From positions 5,728,001 through 5,792,000 of the forward strand of contig CBDDPY010000002.1 of NCBI GenBank assembly GCA_965232515.1: DNA of 64,000 nucleotides, written 5' to 3'. This DNA is from Alphaproteobacteria bacterium (GTDB taxonomy: Bacteria > Pseudomonadota > Alphaproteobacteria > GCA-2731375). Positions within the stretch are counted from its first letter, which is position 1; the number at the start of each line of letters is the position of its first letter. A model generated the notes under the pieces. That model ran no database searches, was not told where the DNA came from, and saw nothing but the letters and a program-made list of their open reading frames with translations. A program made the translations under genes and the position numbers. Shown here piece after piece: positions 41,712 to 50,827 of this stretch.

Positions 41712-42734
41712 ATGCATCGCGCCATGAAATACTTCATCGCCAAACGCATCCTGCTGCTCGGCGTCATGCTGATCGGCCTGCTGATGATCACGTTCGCCAT
41801 CAGCCATGTCGCGCCCGGCGATCCGGCGGCGCTGGCCGCCGGGCCAGACGCCACGCAGGAGATGATCGAGACCATCCGCACGGAATACGGCCTCGACAAG
41901 CCGTTGCCCGAGCAGTTCTGGATCTACCTCAAGGGCTTCTTCACCGGCGATCTCGGCCGATCGCTCCGCACCAGCCGCGACGTGCTCGACGATCTGATCC
42001 GCTATTTCCCCGCCACCTTCGAGCTGGTCATGTTCTCGATCCTGGTCGCGGTCGTCTTCGGCATTCCGCTCGGCATGCTCTCGGCGGTCTACAAGGACAC
42101 CTGGGTCGATCACCTGTCGCGCTTCGTTTCCGTGTCGGGCGTCGCCATCCCAATGTTCTGGCTCGGCCTGATGTTGCAGCTCTTCATCGCGCTCGAGCTC
42201 GGCTGGCTGCCGCTCGGCGGCCGGCTCGGGCTGATGACCGATCCGCCGGACCCGATCACGCATTTGCTGCTGGTCGACGCCCTGCTGCGCGGCCAATGGG
42301 GCATCTTCGCCGACGCCTTCGGGCACATCCTGCTGCCGGCGGTCGCGCTCTGCTTCCCGGCGCTCGCGTCTATCATCCGCGTCAACCGCGCGGAGATGCT
42401 CGAGACATTGAACCAGGACTACATCGTCAACGCCCGCGCGCACGGCATCGGCAGCACCCGCATCGTCGCGGTCTACGCGCTGAAGAACGCCATGATCCCG
42501 ACGCTCGCCATGATCGGCCTGCGCTACGGCTGGATGCTGGGCGGCACCATACTGGTAGAATCCGTCTTCGACTGGCCCGGCATCGGCCTCTACGCCGTGC
42601 AGTCGGCGGTGTCGTCGGACTTCCAGCCGATCATGGGCGTCACGCTCCTGATCGGCATCAACTTCATGATCGCCAACCTCCTGGTCGACCTCTGCTACGG
42701 CTGGCTCGACCCGCGCATCCGGCAGGAAGGCTAG
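41712..42734 (+). CDS. ABC permease (DppB/OppB-like)
   Basis: PGDP, GLDKPL, GDLG.S, DYIVNARAHG, ESVFDWPGIG, LDPRIR; alternative ATG at 41724. Confidence 0.92.
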   Translation: MHRAMKYFIAKRILLLGVMLIGLLMITFAISHVAPGDPAALAAGPDATQEMIETIRTEYGLDKPLPEQFWIYLKGFFTGDLGRSLRTSRDVLDDLIRYFPATFELVMFSILVAVVFGIPLGMLSAVYKDTWVDHLSRFVSVSGVAIPMFWLGLMLQLFIALELGWLPLGGRLGLMTDPPDPITHLLLVDALLRGQWGIFADAFGHILLPAVALCFPALASIIRVNRAEMLETLNQDYIVNARAHGIGSTRIVAVYALKNAMIPTLAMIGLRYGWMLGGTILVESVFDWPGIGLYAVQSAVSSDFQPIMGVTLLIGINFMIANLLVDLCYGWLDPRIRQEG

Positions 42735-42900
42735 ACGATGCGCGCAGCCGTCATTCCGCCCGCCACCCCCGACCCCGGCCCGCGCCAAGCCACGTGCTTG
42801 ACCGCCGGGCCGCGGTATCCGGAATCCGGGGCCGTCGACGCCTCGACCACATGCCCCGGGTTCCGGATTACCGGCGTCGGCGGGCAGGAGGCTTAAGCAC

Positions 42901-43815
42901 ATGGCGGAGAAGTCGATCGCCGTCGGGGATGTCGAGGTCGGCTGGCGCGAGCGGCATCAGAGCTCGATCCGTCAGATCCGGCTCTACGCCTACACCTTCT
43001 CAAAGAGCTTCTCGTCCATGCTGGGCCTCGGCCTGGTGCTTTTGTTCCTGATCATCGCCGCCGCCGGGCCCTGGATCGTGCCCTTTCCGGAAGACGCCGC
43101 CGGCTCGGTCAACCTCGACAACAAGCTGCAGGCGCCCAGCGCCGTGCACTGGTTCGGCACCGACGAGGTCGGCAACGACATCTATACCCGCGTCATCCTC
43201 GGCGCCCGCGTGTCGCTGCAGATCGGGCTGGTGATCACGCTGGTCGCCGCCGGCATCGGCGTGCCGCTCGGCATCATCTCCGGCTATATGGGCGGGCCGG
43301 TGCGCGAGGTGATCATGCGCATCACCGATATCTTCCTGTCGGTGCCCGCCTTGGTCCTGGCGATCGCCATCGTCACCGTGCTCGGGCCGGGCATCTTGAA
43401 CGCGATCATCGCGCTGTCGCTCGTCTGGTGGCCGGGCTACGTGCGCCTCGTCGACAGCAAGGCGCTGTCTATCCGCGGCGAGCTCTATGTCGAGGCCGCG
43501 CGCGCCGTCGGCGCCAGCCGCACGCGTATTCTCTTCATGCACATCCTGCCGAACTGCGTCTCGCCGATCATCGTCAAGGCCAGCATGGACATGGGTATGG
43601 CGATCCTCGCCGCCGCCAGCCTCGGTTTCATCGGCCTCGGCGCCCAGCCGCCCTATCCCGAATGGGGCGCGATGATCAGCACCGGCCGCAACTACCTGCC
43701 GACCTGGTGGTGGTACTCGGCCTTCCCGGGCTTGTTCATCTATTTCACCGTGCTGGGCTTCAACTTGCTGGGCGACGGCCTGCGCGACATCCTCGACCCG
43801 AAATCGCGCGGCTGA
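42901..43815 (+). CDS. ABC permease (DppC/OppC-like)
   Basis: HWFGTDEVG, YVEAARAVGA, HILPN, WGAMIS, LGDGLRDILDP. Confidence 0.92.
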   Translation: MAEKSIAVGDVEVGWRERHQSSIRQIRLYAYTFSKSFSSMLGLGLVLLFLIIAAAGPWIVPFPEDAAGSVNLDNKLQAPSAVHWFGTDEVGNDIYTRVILGARVSLQIGLVITLVAAGIGVPLGIISGYMGGPVREVIMRITDIFLSVPALVLAIAIVTVLGPGILNAIIALSLVWWPGYVRLVDSKALSIRGELYVEAARAVGASRTRILFMHILPNCVSPIIVKASMDMGMAILAAASLGFIGLGAQPPYPEWGAMISTGRNYLPTWWWYSAFPGLFIYFTVLGFNLLGDGLRDILDPKSRG

Positions 43816-43818
43816 GCC

Positions 43819-44817
43819 ATGACCGACCCGCTGCTCGACATCCGCGACTTCCGCCTGCACTTCGATACCTTCGATGGCGAGCACAAGGCGCTCGACGGCA
43901 TCAACATCCAGGTCGCGCGCGGCGAGACCGTCGGCATCGTCGGCGAGACCGGCTGCGGCAAGTCGATCACCGCCAAGAGCGTGCTGCGCCTGCTGCCGTC
44001 GCCGCCGGCCCGTGTCGTCTCTGGTGAGATCCGCTTCCAGGGCCGCGATCTGCTGACCCTGCCCGAGTCCGAGATCCGCCGCATCCGCGGCATCGACATC
44101 GCCATGATCTTCCAGGACCCGATGACCTATCTCAATCCGGTCTTCACCGTCGGCCAGCAGCTCGTCGACGTGATCATGAGCCATCAGGCGGCGCGGCCGT
44201 CGGGCGAGCGCCTCAACCGCCGCGCCGCCCGCGACAAAGCCGTTTCGCTCTTGGAAAGCGTGCGCATCCCGCACGCCGACGTGCAGATCGATTCCTATCC
44301 GCACCAGCTCTCTGGCGGCATGCGCCAGCGCGTGCTGATCGCCATGGCGCTTTCCGGCTCGCCGTCGCTTCTGATCGCGGACGAGCCGACGACGGCCCTC
44401 GACGTCACCATCCAGGCCCAGATCCTGCAGCTCATCGCCGACCTCGTCGACGAGTTCCATCTGGCGGTGCTGATGATCTCGCACGACCTCGGCGTCGTCG
44501 CCAAGCTCTGCCGCCGCGTCGTCGTCATGTATGCCGGTAACGTCGTGGAAGACGCGCCCACGGCCGAGATCTTCGAGCAGCCGAAGCACCCCTATACCCA
44601 GCGCCTGCTGCAGGCGATCCCACACCTGCACGCCGACGTGCAGCACCTGTCGGGCATCACCGGCAGCATCCCGAACCTGCTCGACCCGCCGCCGGGCTGC
44701 CGCTTCCACCCGCGCTGCGGCCAGGCAATGCCGGTCTGCGCCCAGGCCAAGCCCGTCTTCGGCGACGTCGCGCCCGGCCATGGCGCCGCCTGCCACCTCT
44801 ATGGCGAGGGCGCCTGA
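43819..44817 (+). CDS. ABC ATPase (DppD/OppD-like)
   Basis: GETGCGKS, YPHQLSGGMRQR, DEPTTALD, HPYT, GCRFHPRC. Confidence 0.93.
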   Translation: MTDPLLDIRDFRLHFDTFDGEHKALDGINIQVARGETVGIVGETGCGKSITAKSVLRLLPSPPARVVSGEIRFQGRDLLTLPESEIRRIRGIDIAMIFQDPMTYLNPVFTVGQQLVDVIMSHQAARPSGERLNRRAARDKAVSLLESVRIPHADVQIDSYPHQLSGGMRQRVLIAMALSGSPSLLIADEPTTALDVTIQAQILQLIADLVDEFHLAVLMISHDLGVVAKLCRRVVVMYAGNVVEDAPTAEIFEQPKHPYTQRLLQAIPHLHADVQHLSGITGSIPNLLDPPPGCRFHPRCGQAMPVCAQAKPVFGDVAPGHGAACHLYGEGA

Positions 44818-45773
44818 TGCTGCTCGAGGTCCAGGACCTGAAGAAGCATTTCACCGTCAAGCGCGGCCTCTTCGACCGCGGCCATCTGCGCGCCGTCGAC
44901 GGCGTCGATCTGGCGCTGGCGCCGGGCGAGGCTTGCGGCCTTGTCGGCGAGTCCGGTTCGGGCAAGTCGACCGTGGCGCGCCTGGTGCTGCGCCTGCTGA
45001 CGCCGACAGCCGGCCGCATCCTGTTCGACGGCGACGACATCGGCGGCCTGGAGGAGCGTGACCTGGCCGGCCTGCGCGAGCGCATGCAGATGATCTTTCA
45101 GGATCCGCACTCCGCATTGAACCCGCGCATGACCGTGTTCCGTTCCATCGCCGAGCCGCTGGTCATTCACCGCCGCCTCGGCGGCCTGGAGCTGCGCAAC
45201 CAGGTCGAGGAGCTGCTGGAGATCGTCGGCCTCAGCCGTCAGTTCATGTACCGCTTCCCGCACGAGCTCTCGGGCGGACAAAAACAGCGCGTCTGCATCG
45301 CCCGCGCCGTGGCGCTCCGGCCCAAACTCCTGGTGCTGGACGAGCCCACATCGGCGCTCGACGTCTCGGTGCAGGCGCAGATCCTGGAATTCCTCACCGA
45401 TCTGCGCGAACGCCTCGGCCTCACGTATCTCTTCATCTCCCACAACCTCGCCGTCATCCGCTATGTCTGCGACCGGGTCGCGGTCATGTATCTCGGCCGC
45501 ATCGTCGAGGAAGGCGATACCGCCACCGTGTTCGAGCAGCCAAAGCACCCCTACACGCAAGCACTGCTATCGTCCGTGCCGCTGCCGCAGGCCGAACAGC
45601 CCGACGACGCCATCATCCTGGAAGGCGACATCCCCAGCCCCATCGACGTGCCCACGGGCTGTCCCTTCCACACCCGCTGCCCCCACAAGATCGGCCCGAT
45701 CTGCGAATCCGCTCGCCCGACGCTCGCGCCCGACGCCGCCGGCCGCAAAATCGCCTGCCACCTTTACGACTAA
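44817..45773 (+). CDS. ABC ATPase (DppF/OppF-like)
   Basis: GESGSGKS, FPHELSGGQKQR, DEPTSALD, GCPFHTRC. Confidence 0.93.
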   Translation: MLLEVQDLKKHFTVKRGLFDRGHLRAVDGVDLALAPGEACGLVGESGSGKSTVARLVLRLLTPTAGRILFDGDDIGGLEERDLAGLRERMQMIFQDPHSALNPRMTVFRSIAEPLVIHRRLGGLELRNQVEELLEIVGLSRQFMYRFPHELSGGQKQRVCIARAVALRPKLLVLDEPTSALDVSVQAQILEFLTDLRERLGLTYLFISHNLAVIRYVCDRVAVMYLGRIVEEGDTATVFEQPKHPYTQALLSSVPLPQAEQPDDAIILEGDIPSPIDVPTGCPFHTRCPHKIGPICESARPTLAPDAAGRKIACHLYD

Positions 45774-45785
45774 GACGTCTATTCA

Positions 45786-45852
45786 GTCATACCGGCGAAG
45801 GCCGGTATCCAAGTCGGCGGCTGCAATGGATACCGGCCTTCGCCGGTATGAC
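45786..45852. repeat. REP-like perfect inverted doublet between convergent genes
   Basis: GTCATACCGGCGAAGGCCGGTATCCA (45786-45811) and its exact reverse complement (45827-45852). Confidence 0.85.
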
Positions 45853-45872
45853 GAGGACGGCGTTCTGCCGCC

Positions 45873-46607
45873 TCAAACCTCGACACACATCCCATCCGCC
45901 GCGGTCTCGCAGTCGAGGTCGGGCAGGCGGGCCAGCATGTCGGGGCCCATATGGGTCAGGATCACGCGCTTCGCGGCGATGGCGTCGAGATGCGCCGCCA
46001 GCGACGCGTAGTCCAGGTGCCACTTGATTGGCTTGTCGTAGAACAACGCTTCGGCGATCAGCAGATCGGCCTCCCGGCCCGCCTCGATCAGCGCGTCGGT
46101 CCACTCCGTGTCGCCGGTATAGCAAACCGTGCGGCCGTCGCAGGCGAGCCGCAGCGCGTAGGGCGGCGCGCCGCAGGCATGGTTCACCTCGAACGGCGTC
46201 ACCGATACGCCGTTGATTTCGGCCGCCGCGCCCGCCGTCAGCTCGATCACCTCGACCGCGAACCTGCGTTTGGCGCCGGTCGAACCCGGGAAGAACACCT
46301 CCATCGCCTGGTCCAGCCGTTCGCGCAGACCCGGCGGTCCGGCGACGGTCAGCGGCGCCGTCCGTTTGCTGTAGAGCTGCGCGTCCAGGATCATGAACGG
46401 CAGGCCGCCGAAGTGATCGCCGTGCAGATGGCTGACGAACACGGTGTGGATCGCGTTCGGGTCCACCTCGAAGCGTCGCATGGCGATCATCGACGAGGCG
46501 CCGCAATCGATCAGAAAGCAGCCCGCGCCGGCTGTGACATGGAAGCAGGTGTTGAAGCGCCCGCCGCTGCCGAAGGCGTCGCCGCTGCCGAGAAACCGGA
46601 TCTGCAT
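45873..46607 (-). CDS. MBL-fold metallo-hydrolase (RNase Z/PhnP-like)
   Basis: FLGSGDAFGSGG, LIDCG, SHLHGDHFGG, YTGDT, ILTHM; AAGGAGG RBS. Confidence 0.88.
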   Translation of the reverse strand: MQIRFLGSGDAFGSGGRFNTCFHVTAGAGCFLIDCGASSMIAMRRFEVDPNAIHTVFVSHLHGDHFGGLPFMILDAQLYSKRTAPLTVAGPPGLRERLDQAMEVFFPGSTGAKRRFAVEVIELTAGAAAEINGVSVTPFEVNHACGAPPYALRLACDGRTVCYTGDTEWTDALIEAGREADLLIAEALFYDKPIKWHLDYASLAAHLDAIAAKRVILTHMGPDMLARLPDLDCETAADGMCVEV

Positions 46608-46698
46608 GCCGACCATGCCTCCTTCGCTTGCGTTTCCACGTCTGACATGAAATATAATCGAAACTCTAAATTGATCGCAAAACATAAAGAATTCGATT

Positions 46699-47697
46699 TT
46701 GTCGAAAGTGGTGATCAGCAACTGGGTGCATGACGCGGTGATCGACCGCCTGGCGCCCCATTGCACCGTCGTCGCCAATCCCGACCGTGAACCCTGGCCG
46801 GCCGACGAGCTCGCCCGCCGCGCGGCCGACGCCGACGCGCTCATTGCCTTCATGACCGAACGCATCGACGACGACTTCCTGGCGCGCTGCCCCGACCTCC
46901 GCATCGTCGCCGCCGCGCTCAAGGGCTACGACAATTTCGACGTCGCCGCCTGCACCCGCCGCGGCGTCTGGCTGACCATCGTCGACGATCTGCTGACGGC
47001 GCCGACGGCGGAGCTGACGGTCGGCCTGATGATCGCGCTCGCCCGCCACGTCACGGCCGGCGACCGGCTGCTGCGCGGCGGTGGCTTCGCCGGCTGGCGG
47101 CCGACGCTCTACGGCGGCACGCTCGACGGCGCTTGCGTGGGCCTGATCGGCGCCGGCGCCGTCGGCCAAGCCATCGCGCGGCGGCTCGCGGGCTTCGACT
47201 GCGACCTGCGCTATCACGACCGGCACCGACTGCCCGCCGACACCGAACGGCGGCTTCGCCTACGTCATATGACGCTGCCAGAACTCGTTCGCGGCAGCGA
47301 CTTTCTCGTGTTCGCCCTGCCGCTGACGCCCGCCACACAACACCTCGTCAACGCCGAGCTGCTGCGGCAGGTCAAGCCCGGCTGCTATCTCGTCAACCCT
47401 GCGCGCGGCTCGCTGGTCGACGAGGAGGCCGTCGCCGACGCCCTCGACGACGGTCGGCTCGCCGGCTATGCCGCCGACACGTTCGAAATGGAGGACTGGG
47501 CCCGGCCCGACCGCCCCACCTCTGTCGCCGCCCGGCTGCGAGCGCCGGACGCCCGCACCGTGCTGACGCCGCATCTCGGCTCCGCCGTCGACAGCATTCG
47601 CCGCGACATCGCGCTCGCCGCAGCCGACAACGTCCTGCAATGCCTCGCCGGCGAACGTCCGGCGGGCGCCGTCAACGATCCGCTTGGCCAATGTTGA
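46699..47697 (+). CDS. ptxD: NAD-dependent phosphite dehydrogenase
   Basis: PtxD-specific blocks ALKGYDNFDV.ACT.RGVWLT, DLLTAPTAEL, NPARGSLVDE, GYAADTFEMEDWAR.DRP and TPHLGSAV; TTG start. Confidence 0.9.
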   Translation: MSKVVISNWVHDAVIDRLAPHCTVVANPDREPWPADELARRAADADALIAFMTERIDDDFLARCPDLRIVAAALKGYDNFDVAACTRRGVWLTIVDDLLTAPTAELTVGLMIALARHVTAGDRLLRGGGFAGWRPTLYGGTLDGACVGLIGAGAVGQAIARRLAGFDCDLRYHDRHRLPADTERRLRLRHMTLPELVRGSDFLVFALPLTPATQHLVNAELLRQVKPGCYLVNPARGSLVDEEAVADALDDGRLAGYAADTFEMEDWARPDRPTSVAARLRAPDARTVLTPHLGSAVDSIRRDIALAAADNVLQCLAGERPAGAVNDPLGQC

Positions 47698-48560
47698 ACC
47701 TGACCTACGTCAACACCTTCGTCTCGGTGATCGAGACCGGCAGCTTCCGCGAAGCCGCGCGCCGGCTCGCCTGCGCCCAGCCTACCGTGACCCAACACAT
47801 CAAGAAGCTGGAAGCCGTCCTGCAGGCGCCGCTCGTCGCCCGCAGCCACGCCGCCTGCACGCCCACGGCCCACGGCGAACGCTTCCTGCCGTTCGCCCGC
47901 AGCCTGCTCCAGGTCGCCGCCCGCGCCCGCACCGCCGTCGCCGGCCGCCGACTCGCGATCGGCGCCAGCACCAACATCGGCACCTATCTGCTGCCGCAAC
48001 GCCTCAAGGCCTTCGCCGACCACAATGGCGCCGGCATCGCCGTCGAACCGCACATCGCCGGCAATCCGGCGGTCGCCGAGATGCTGGCGGCCGGCGAGAT
48101 CGATTGTGCGTTGATGGAATGGCCGCCGGCGCTCGCCGGCTTCGACGCCATCGTCTGGCGGCACGAACCGATGGTCGTCATCGTGCCGCCGGATCATCCC
48201 TGGGCCGGCCGGCGCAGCGTTTCGCGGGCCAAGCTGCTGGCGACGCCGTTGTTGGGCGGCGAATCCGGTACCGGCACCGCCACCCTGCTGCGCCAGGCTT
48301 TCGGCGAGGCCGCGGCCGACCTGAAGATTCAGCTCACCCTCGGCAGCACCGAGGCCGTAAAGCAGGCCGTCATCGCCGGCCTCGGCGTTTCCCTGACGCT
48401 CGCCTGCGCCGTCGAGGTCGACGTCGAGAATGGCCGTCTCGCCGCGCTACCCATCGCCGGCCCGCGCCTGACCAAGCCGCTGCACCTCGTCACCCCGACC
48501 GACGCCCCCGCAACGTCGCCCATCAAAGTCTTCGCCAACTTCCTGCGCACGGCCGGCTAA
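47691..48560 (+). CDS. ptxE: LysR-family regulator, PtxE-like
   Basis: LysR HTH (GSFREAARRL..AQPTVTQHIKKLE), IGASTNIGTYLLP, GGESGTGT, LGSTEAVK; overlaps the ptxD end. Confidence 0.8.
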   Translation: MLNLTYVNTFVSVIETGSFREAARRLACAQPTVTQHIKKLEAVLQAPLVARSHAACTPTAHGERFLPFARSLLQVAARARTAVAGRRLAIGASTNIGTYLLPQRLKAFADHNGAGIAVEPHIAGNPAVAEMLAAGEIDCALMEWPPALAGFDAIVWRHEPMVVIVPPDHPWAGRRSVSRAKLLATPLLGGESGTGTATLLRQAFGEAAADLKIQLTLGSTEAVKQAVIAGLGVSLTLACAVEVDVENGRLAALPIAGPRLTKPLHLVTPTDAPATSPIKVFANFLRTAG

Positions 48561-48605
48561 TCAGCGGCGGCAGAGATCGATCTGGAATGGCCGAAGCGTT
48601 GTTCC

Positions 48606-48694
48606 TGGGTTGCCGGGTCAAGCCCGGCAACGACAGCTTTTTTGGTCGAGGTCCATTTCTTTTCCGTCATGCCCGGGCTTGACCCGGGCATCCC
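48606..48694. repeat. REP-like doublet
   Basis: TGGGTTGCCGGGTCAAGCCCGGCAACGAC (48606-48634) and GTCATGCCCGGGCTTGACCCGGGCATCCC (48666-48694). Confidence 0.82.
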
Positions 48695-48747
48695 GAGCCA
48701 CCTGACAGATTGTGATCAACATTCGTGGCGAATGTCGTGCCAGCGCG

Positions 48748-49365
48748 CTAGTTCCGGTACAGGTCGCCGGCATAGCCGTCGGCGACGAAGGCGTCGATCC
48801 GTTGGGCGACGTCATCCTCGGCCTGCAATTGCGCCGCGATGATCTTGCCGAACGAGACCTTCTGTGGTTCGGGCCAACTCTCCGGTTGCCAGAGCCCAGC
48901 GCGCAGAAAGGCCCGCGCGCAGTGGAAATAGCAATGCCGGATGTGCACGCGGACCGCCAGCAGCGCCGGCCGATCGTCGTCGGTTAATCGGTCGAGCAGT
49001 TCGGCGTCCGTGGTGATCTCGGCCCGGCCGCTGATCCGCAAGGTCTCGCCCGTGCCCGGCGTCACCAGCAACAGCCCGATCTCAGGATTCTCGATGATGT
49101 TGCTCAAACCGAAGGCGAGGTTGTTCCCGGCGCGTTCGGGCAGGGCGACGGTGCGGTCGTCCTCGATCAGTACGAAGCCCGGCTTGTCGCCCTTGGGAGA
49201 TACTTCGAGGCCGTTTTCGCCCGAGGTGCCCAACACCGCGAACGGCGCGCGGGCGATGAACGCCCGCGCCTGATCGTCAAGACGGTCGAGGATCTTCGCC
49301 CGCGTCGTCCGCCGCGGTTCCGGCACGATCCGCCGCAACGCCTCGATGGATGTAATCGTCGTCAT
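48748..49365 (-). CDS. Pyridoxamine 5'-phosphate oxidase-like FMN-binding protein (MSMEG_1061 type)
   Basis: SPKGDKPGFV, PERAGNN, PGTGETLRISG, YFHCARAFLRAGLW. Confidence 0.85.
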   Translation of the reverse strand: MTTITSIEALRRIVPEPRRTTRAKILDRLDDQARAFIARAPFAVLGTSGENGLEVSPKGDKPGFVLIEDDRTVALPERAGNNLAFGLSNIIENPEIGLLLVTPGTGETLRISGRAEITTDAELLDRLTDDDRPALLAVRVHIRHCYFHCARAFLRAGLWQPESWPEPQKVSFGKIIAAQLQAEDDVAQRIDAFVADGYAGDLYRN

Positions 49366-49497
49366 CCCTCTGCCCCCTGTCCAACCGCCACGCCGCTTTG
49401 TCGCCGCTCAGTACCGCTTCCCACCAATGCGCCCGGTCCATGGCGGCGCGAACGCGGGTCAGCATGGCCATATCCGTTCTCCCCCATCCTTCGTTCG

Positions 49498-49929
49498 TCA
49501 CGCGACGTGCTGCAGCATCGCCTGGAACCGCTGGGCGAACATGGCGTCCGCCTTCGGCAGGTCCATGGCGATGTTGATGGTCACGCCGTTCGGATCCATC
49601 ACTGCGAAATGCCGTTGGCCCCAGCTCGCGTCGCGGATCTCGACGCAGATGTCGATGCCCTTCGCCTTCAGTTCGGCATAGGCCGCATCCACGTCCGCGA
49701 CCTCCAAGCCGATGAACATGCCGCCGCGATATTCCGTCGCGAACGCCAGCGGCATCGTTGGCAGCCCCCGCCGCAGGAAACCGATCTGGATCGACGGCGC
49801 GCCCGGCCAGGCCAACTGCAGGTAATCGTCGCCGGCATGCACCGTCTCGAAGCCGAGCAGCGTGTAGAAGAGCTGCGTTTCCGTCAGGTCCGATGTGGCG
49901 ATAATCGGGTATTGCGTCTTCAGCTTCAT
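49498..49929 (-). CDS. VOC/glyoxalase family protein
   Basis: FYTLLGF, EVADVDAAY, WGQRHF..DPNG; GGAGG RBS. Confidence 0.88.
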   Translation of the reverse strand: MKLKTQYPIIATSDLTETQLFYTLLGFETVHAGDDYLQLAWPGAPSIQIGFLRRGLPTMPLAFATEYRGGMFIGLEVADVDAAYAELKAKGIDICVEIRDASWGQRHFAVMDPNGVTINIAMDLPKADAMFAQRFQAMLQHVA

Positions 49930-49994
49930 GGCCGTGCGACCTCCATTTCCGGGCAATTCCGTTCACGATATGGTCTAGTCATACAGACCTGCTC

Positions 49995-50012
49995 CTGACA
50001 GCATGCTGTCAG
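49995..50012. promoter_or_regulatory. Perfect 18-bp palindrome, probable operator of the WYL regulator
   Basis: CTGACAGCATGCTGTCAG between the divergent VOC and WYL genes. Confidence 0.7.
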
Positions 50013-50067
50013 CAGTCCGGCGCTAGATTCGAATGGTCACGATGGCGCCGAAAATGAGGGGGAAGAG

Positions 50068-50787
50068 ATGCGCCGTGCCGACCGGCTGTTCAGGCTGATC
50101 CAGTACCTGCGGGGCCGCCGCCGGGCCACGACCGCGCGCGACATTGCCGACGCGCTGGAGGTCTCGGTCCGCACGGTCTACCGCGACATCGCCGATCTCG
50201 CCGCCTCGGGCGTGCCGATCGACGGCGAGGCCGGGGTGGGCTACGTGCTGCGCGGCGGCTTCGACCTGCCGCCGCTCATGTTCGACGTCGAGGAGATCGA
50301 GGCGCTGGTGCTGGGCGTGCAGATCGTCGGCCGCTGGGGCGATCCCGGGCTCGCCGCCGCCGCCCGCCGCATCCAGGAGAAGGTCGAGGCGGTACTGCCC
50401 GAGAACCTGCGCGACGAGCTGATGGATACGCCGCTGTTCGCGCCGCCGACCCGGGCGCAGGTGCCGTTCTCGGTCGATCTCGCCGGGCTGCGGCACGCCA
50501 TCCGCGACCGCCGCAAGGTGCAGTTCAGCTATACGAACGAGCAGGGCCGGGCGTCGACGCGCACCGTGCGTCCGCTGGGGCTCGCCTTCTACGGCCCGGT
50601 CTGGCTGTTCATGGCCTGGTGCGAGCTGCGCGACGATTTCCGCGCCTTCCGCGTCGACCGCATGACCGACGCTGTCGTGCGCGACGAGATCTTCATGCAC
50701 GAGGACGGCAAGCGCATCACCGACTACATCGCCCGCGAGGAAGCCGCCGCGGCCGCCTACCGCAAGATCCGCGACAAACGCGCTTAG
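50068..50787 (+). CDS. YafY-like HTH-WYL transcriptional regulator
   Basis: MRRADRLF, LEVSVRTVYRDI, GEAGVGY, R.VRPLGL, AWCELRDDFRAFRVDR. Confidence 0.92.
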   Translation: MRRADRLFRLIQYLRGRRRATTARDIADALEVSVRTVYRDIADLAASGVPIDGEAGVGYVLRGGFDLPPLMFDVEEIEALVLGVQIVGRWGDPGLAAAARRIQEKVEAVLPENLRDELMDTPLFAPPTRAQVPFSVDLAGLRHAIRDRRKVQFSYTNEQGRASTRTVRPLGLAFYGPVWLFMAWCELRDDFRAFRVDRMTDAVVRDEIFMHEDGKRITDYIAREEAAAAAYRKIRDKRA

Positions 50788-50827
50788 ATCGGCTATCGAA
50801 TGGGGCGTGAACAGGGAGGACGCCCGC

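Noticed and set aside
42814-42872. Imperfect hairpin between the two ABC permease genes
   Set aside because: Real but imperfect and single-copy; cannot separate an mRNA-stabilising stem from a decayed repeat, and there is no ncRNA evidence
49277-49471. Possible small ORF (MAMLTRVRAAMDRAHWW..) between the VOC and FMN-binding genes
   Set aside because: Overlaps the downstream gene by about 90 bp and has no recognisable motif
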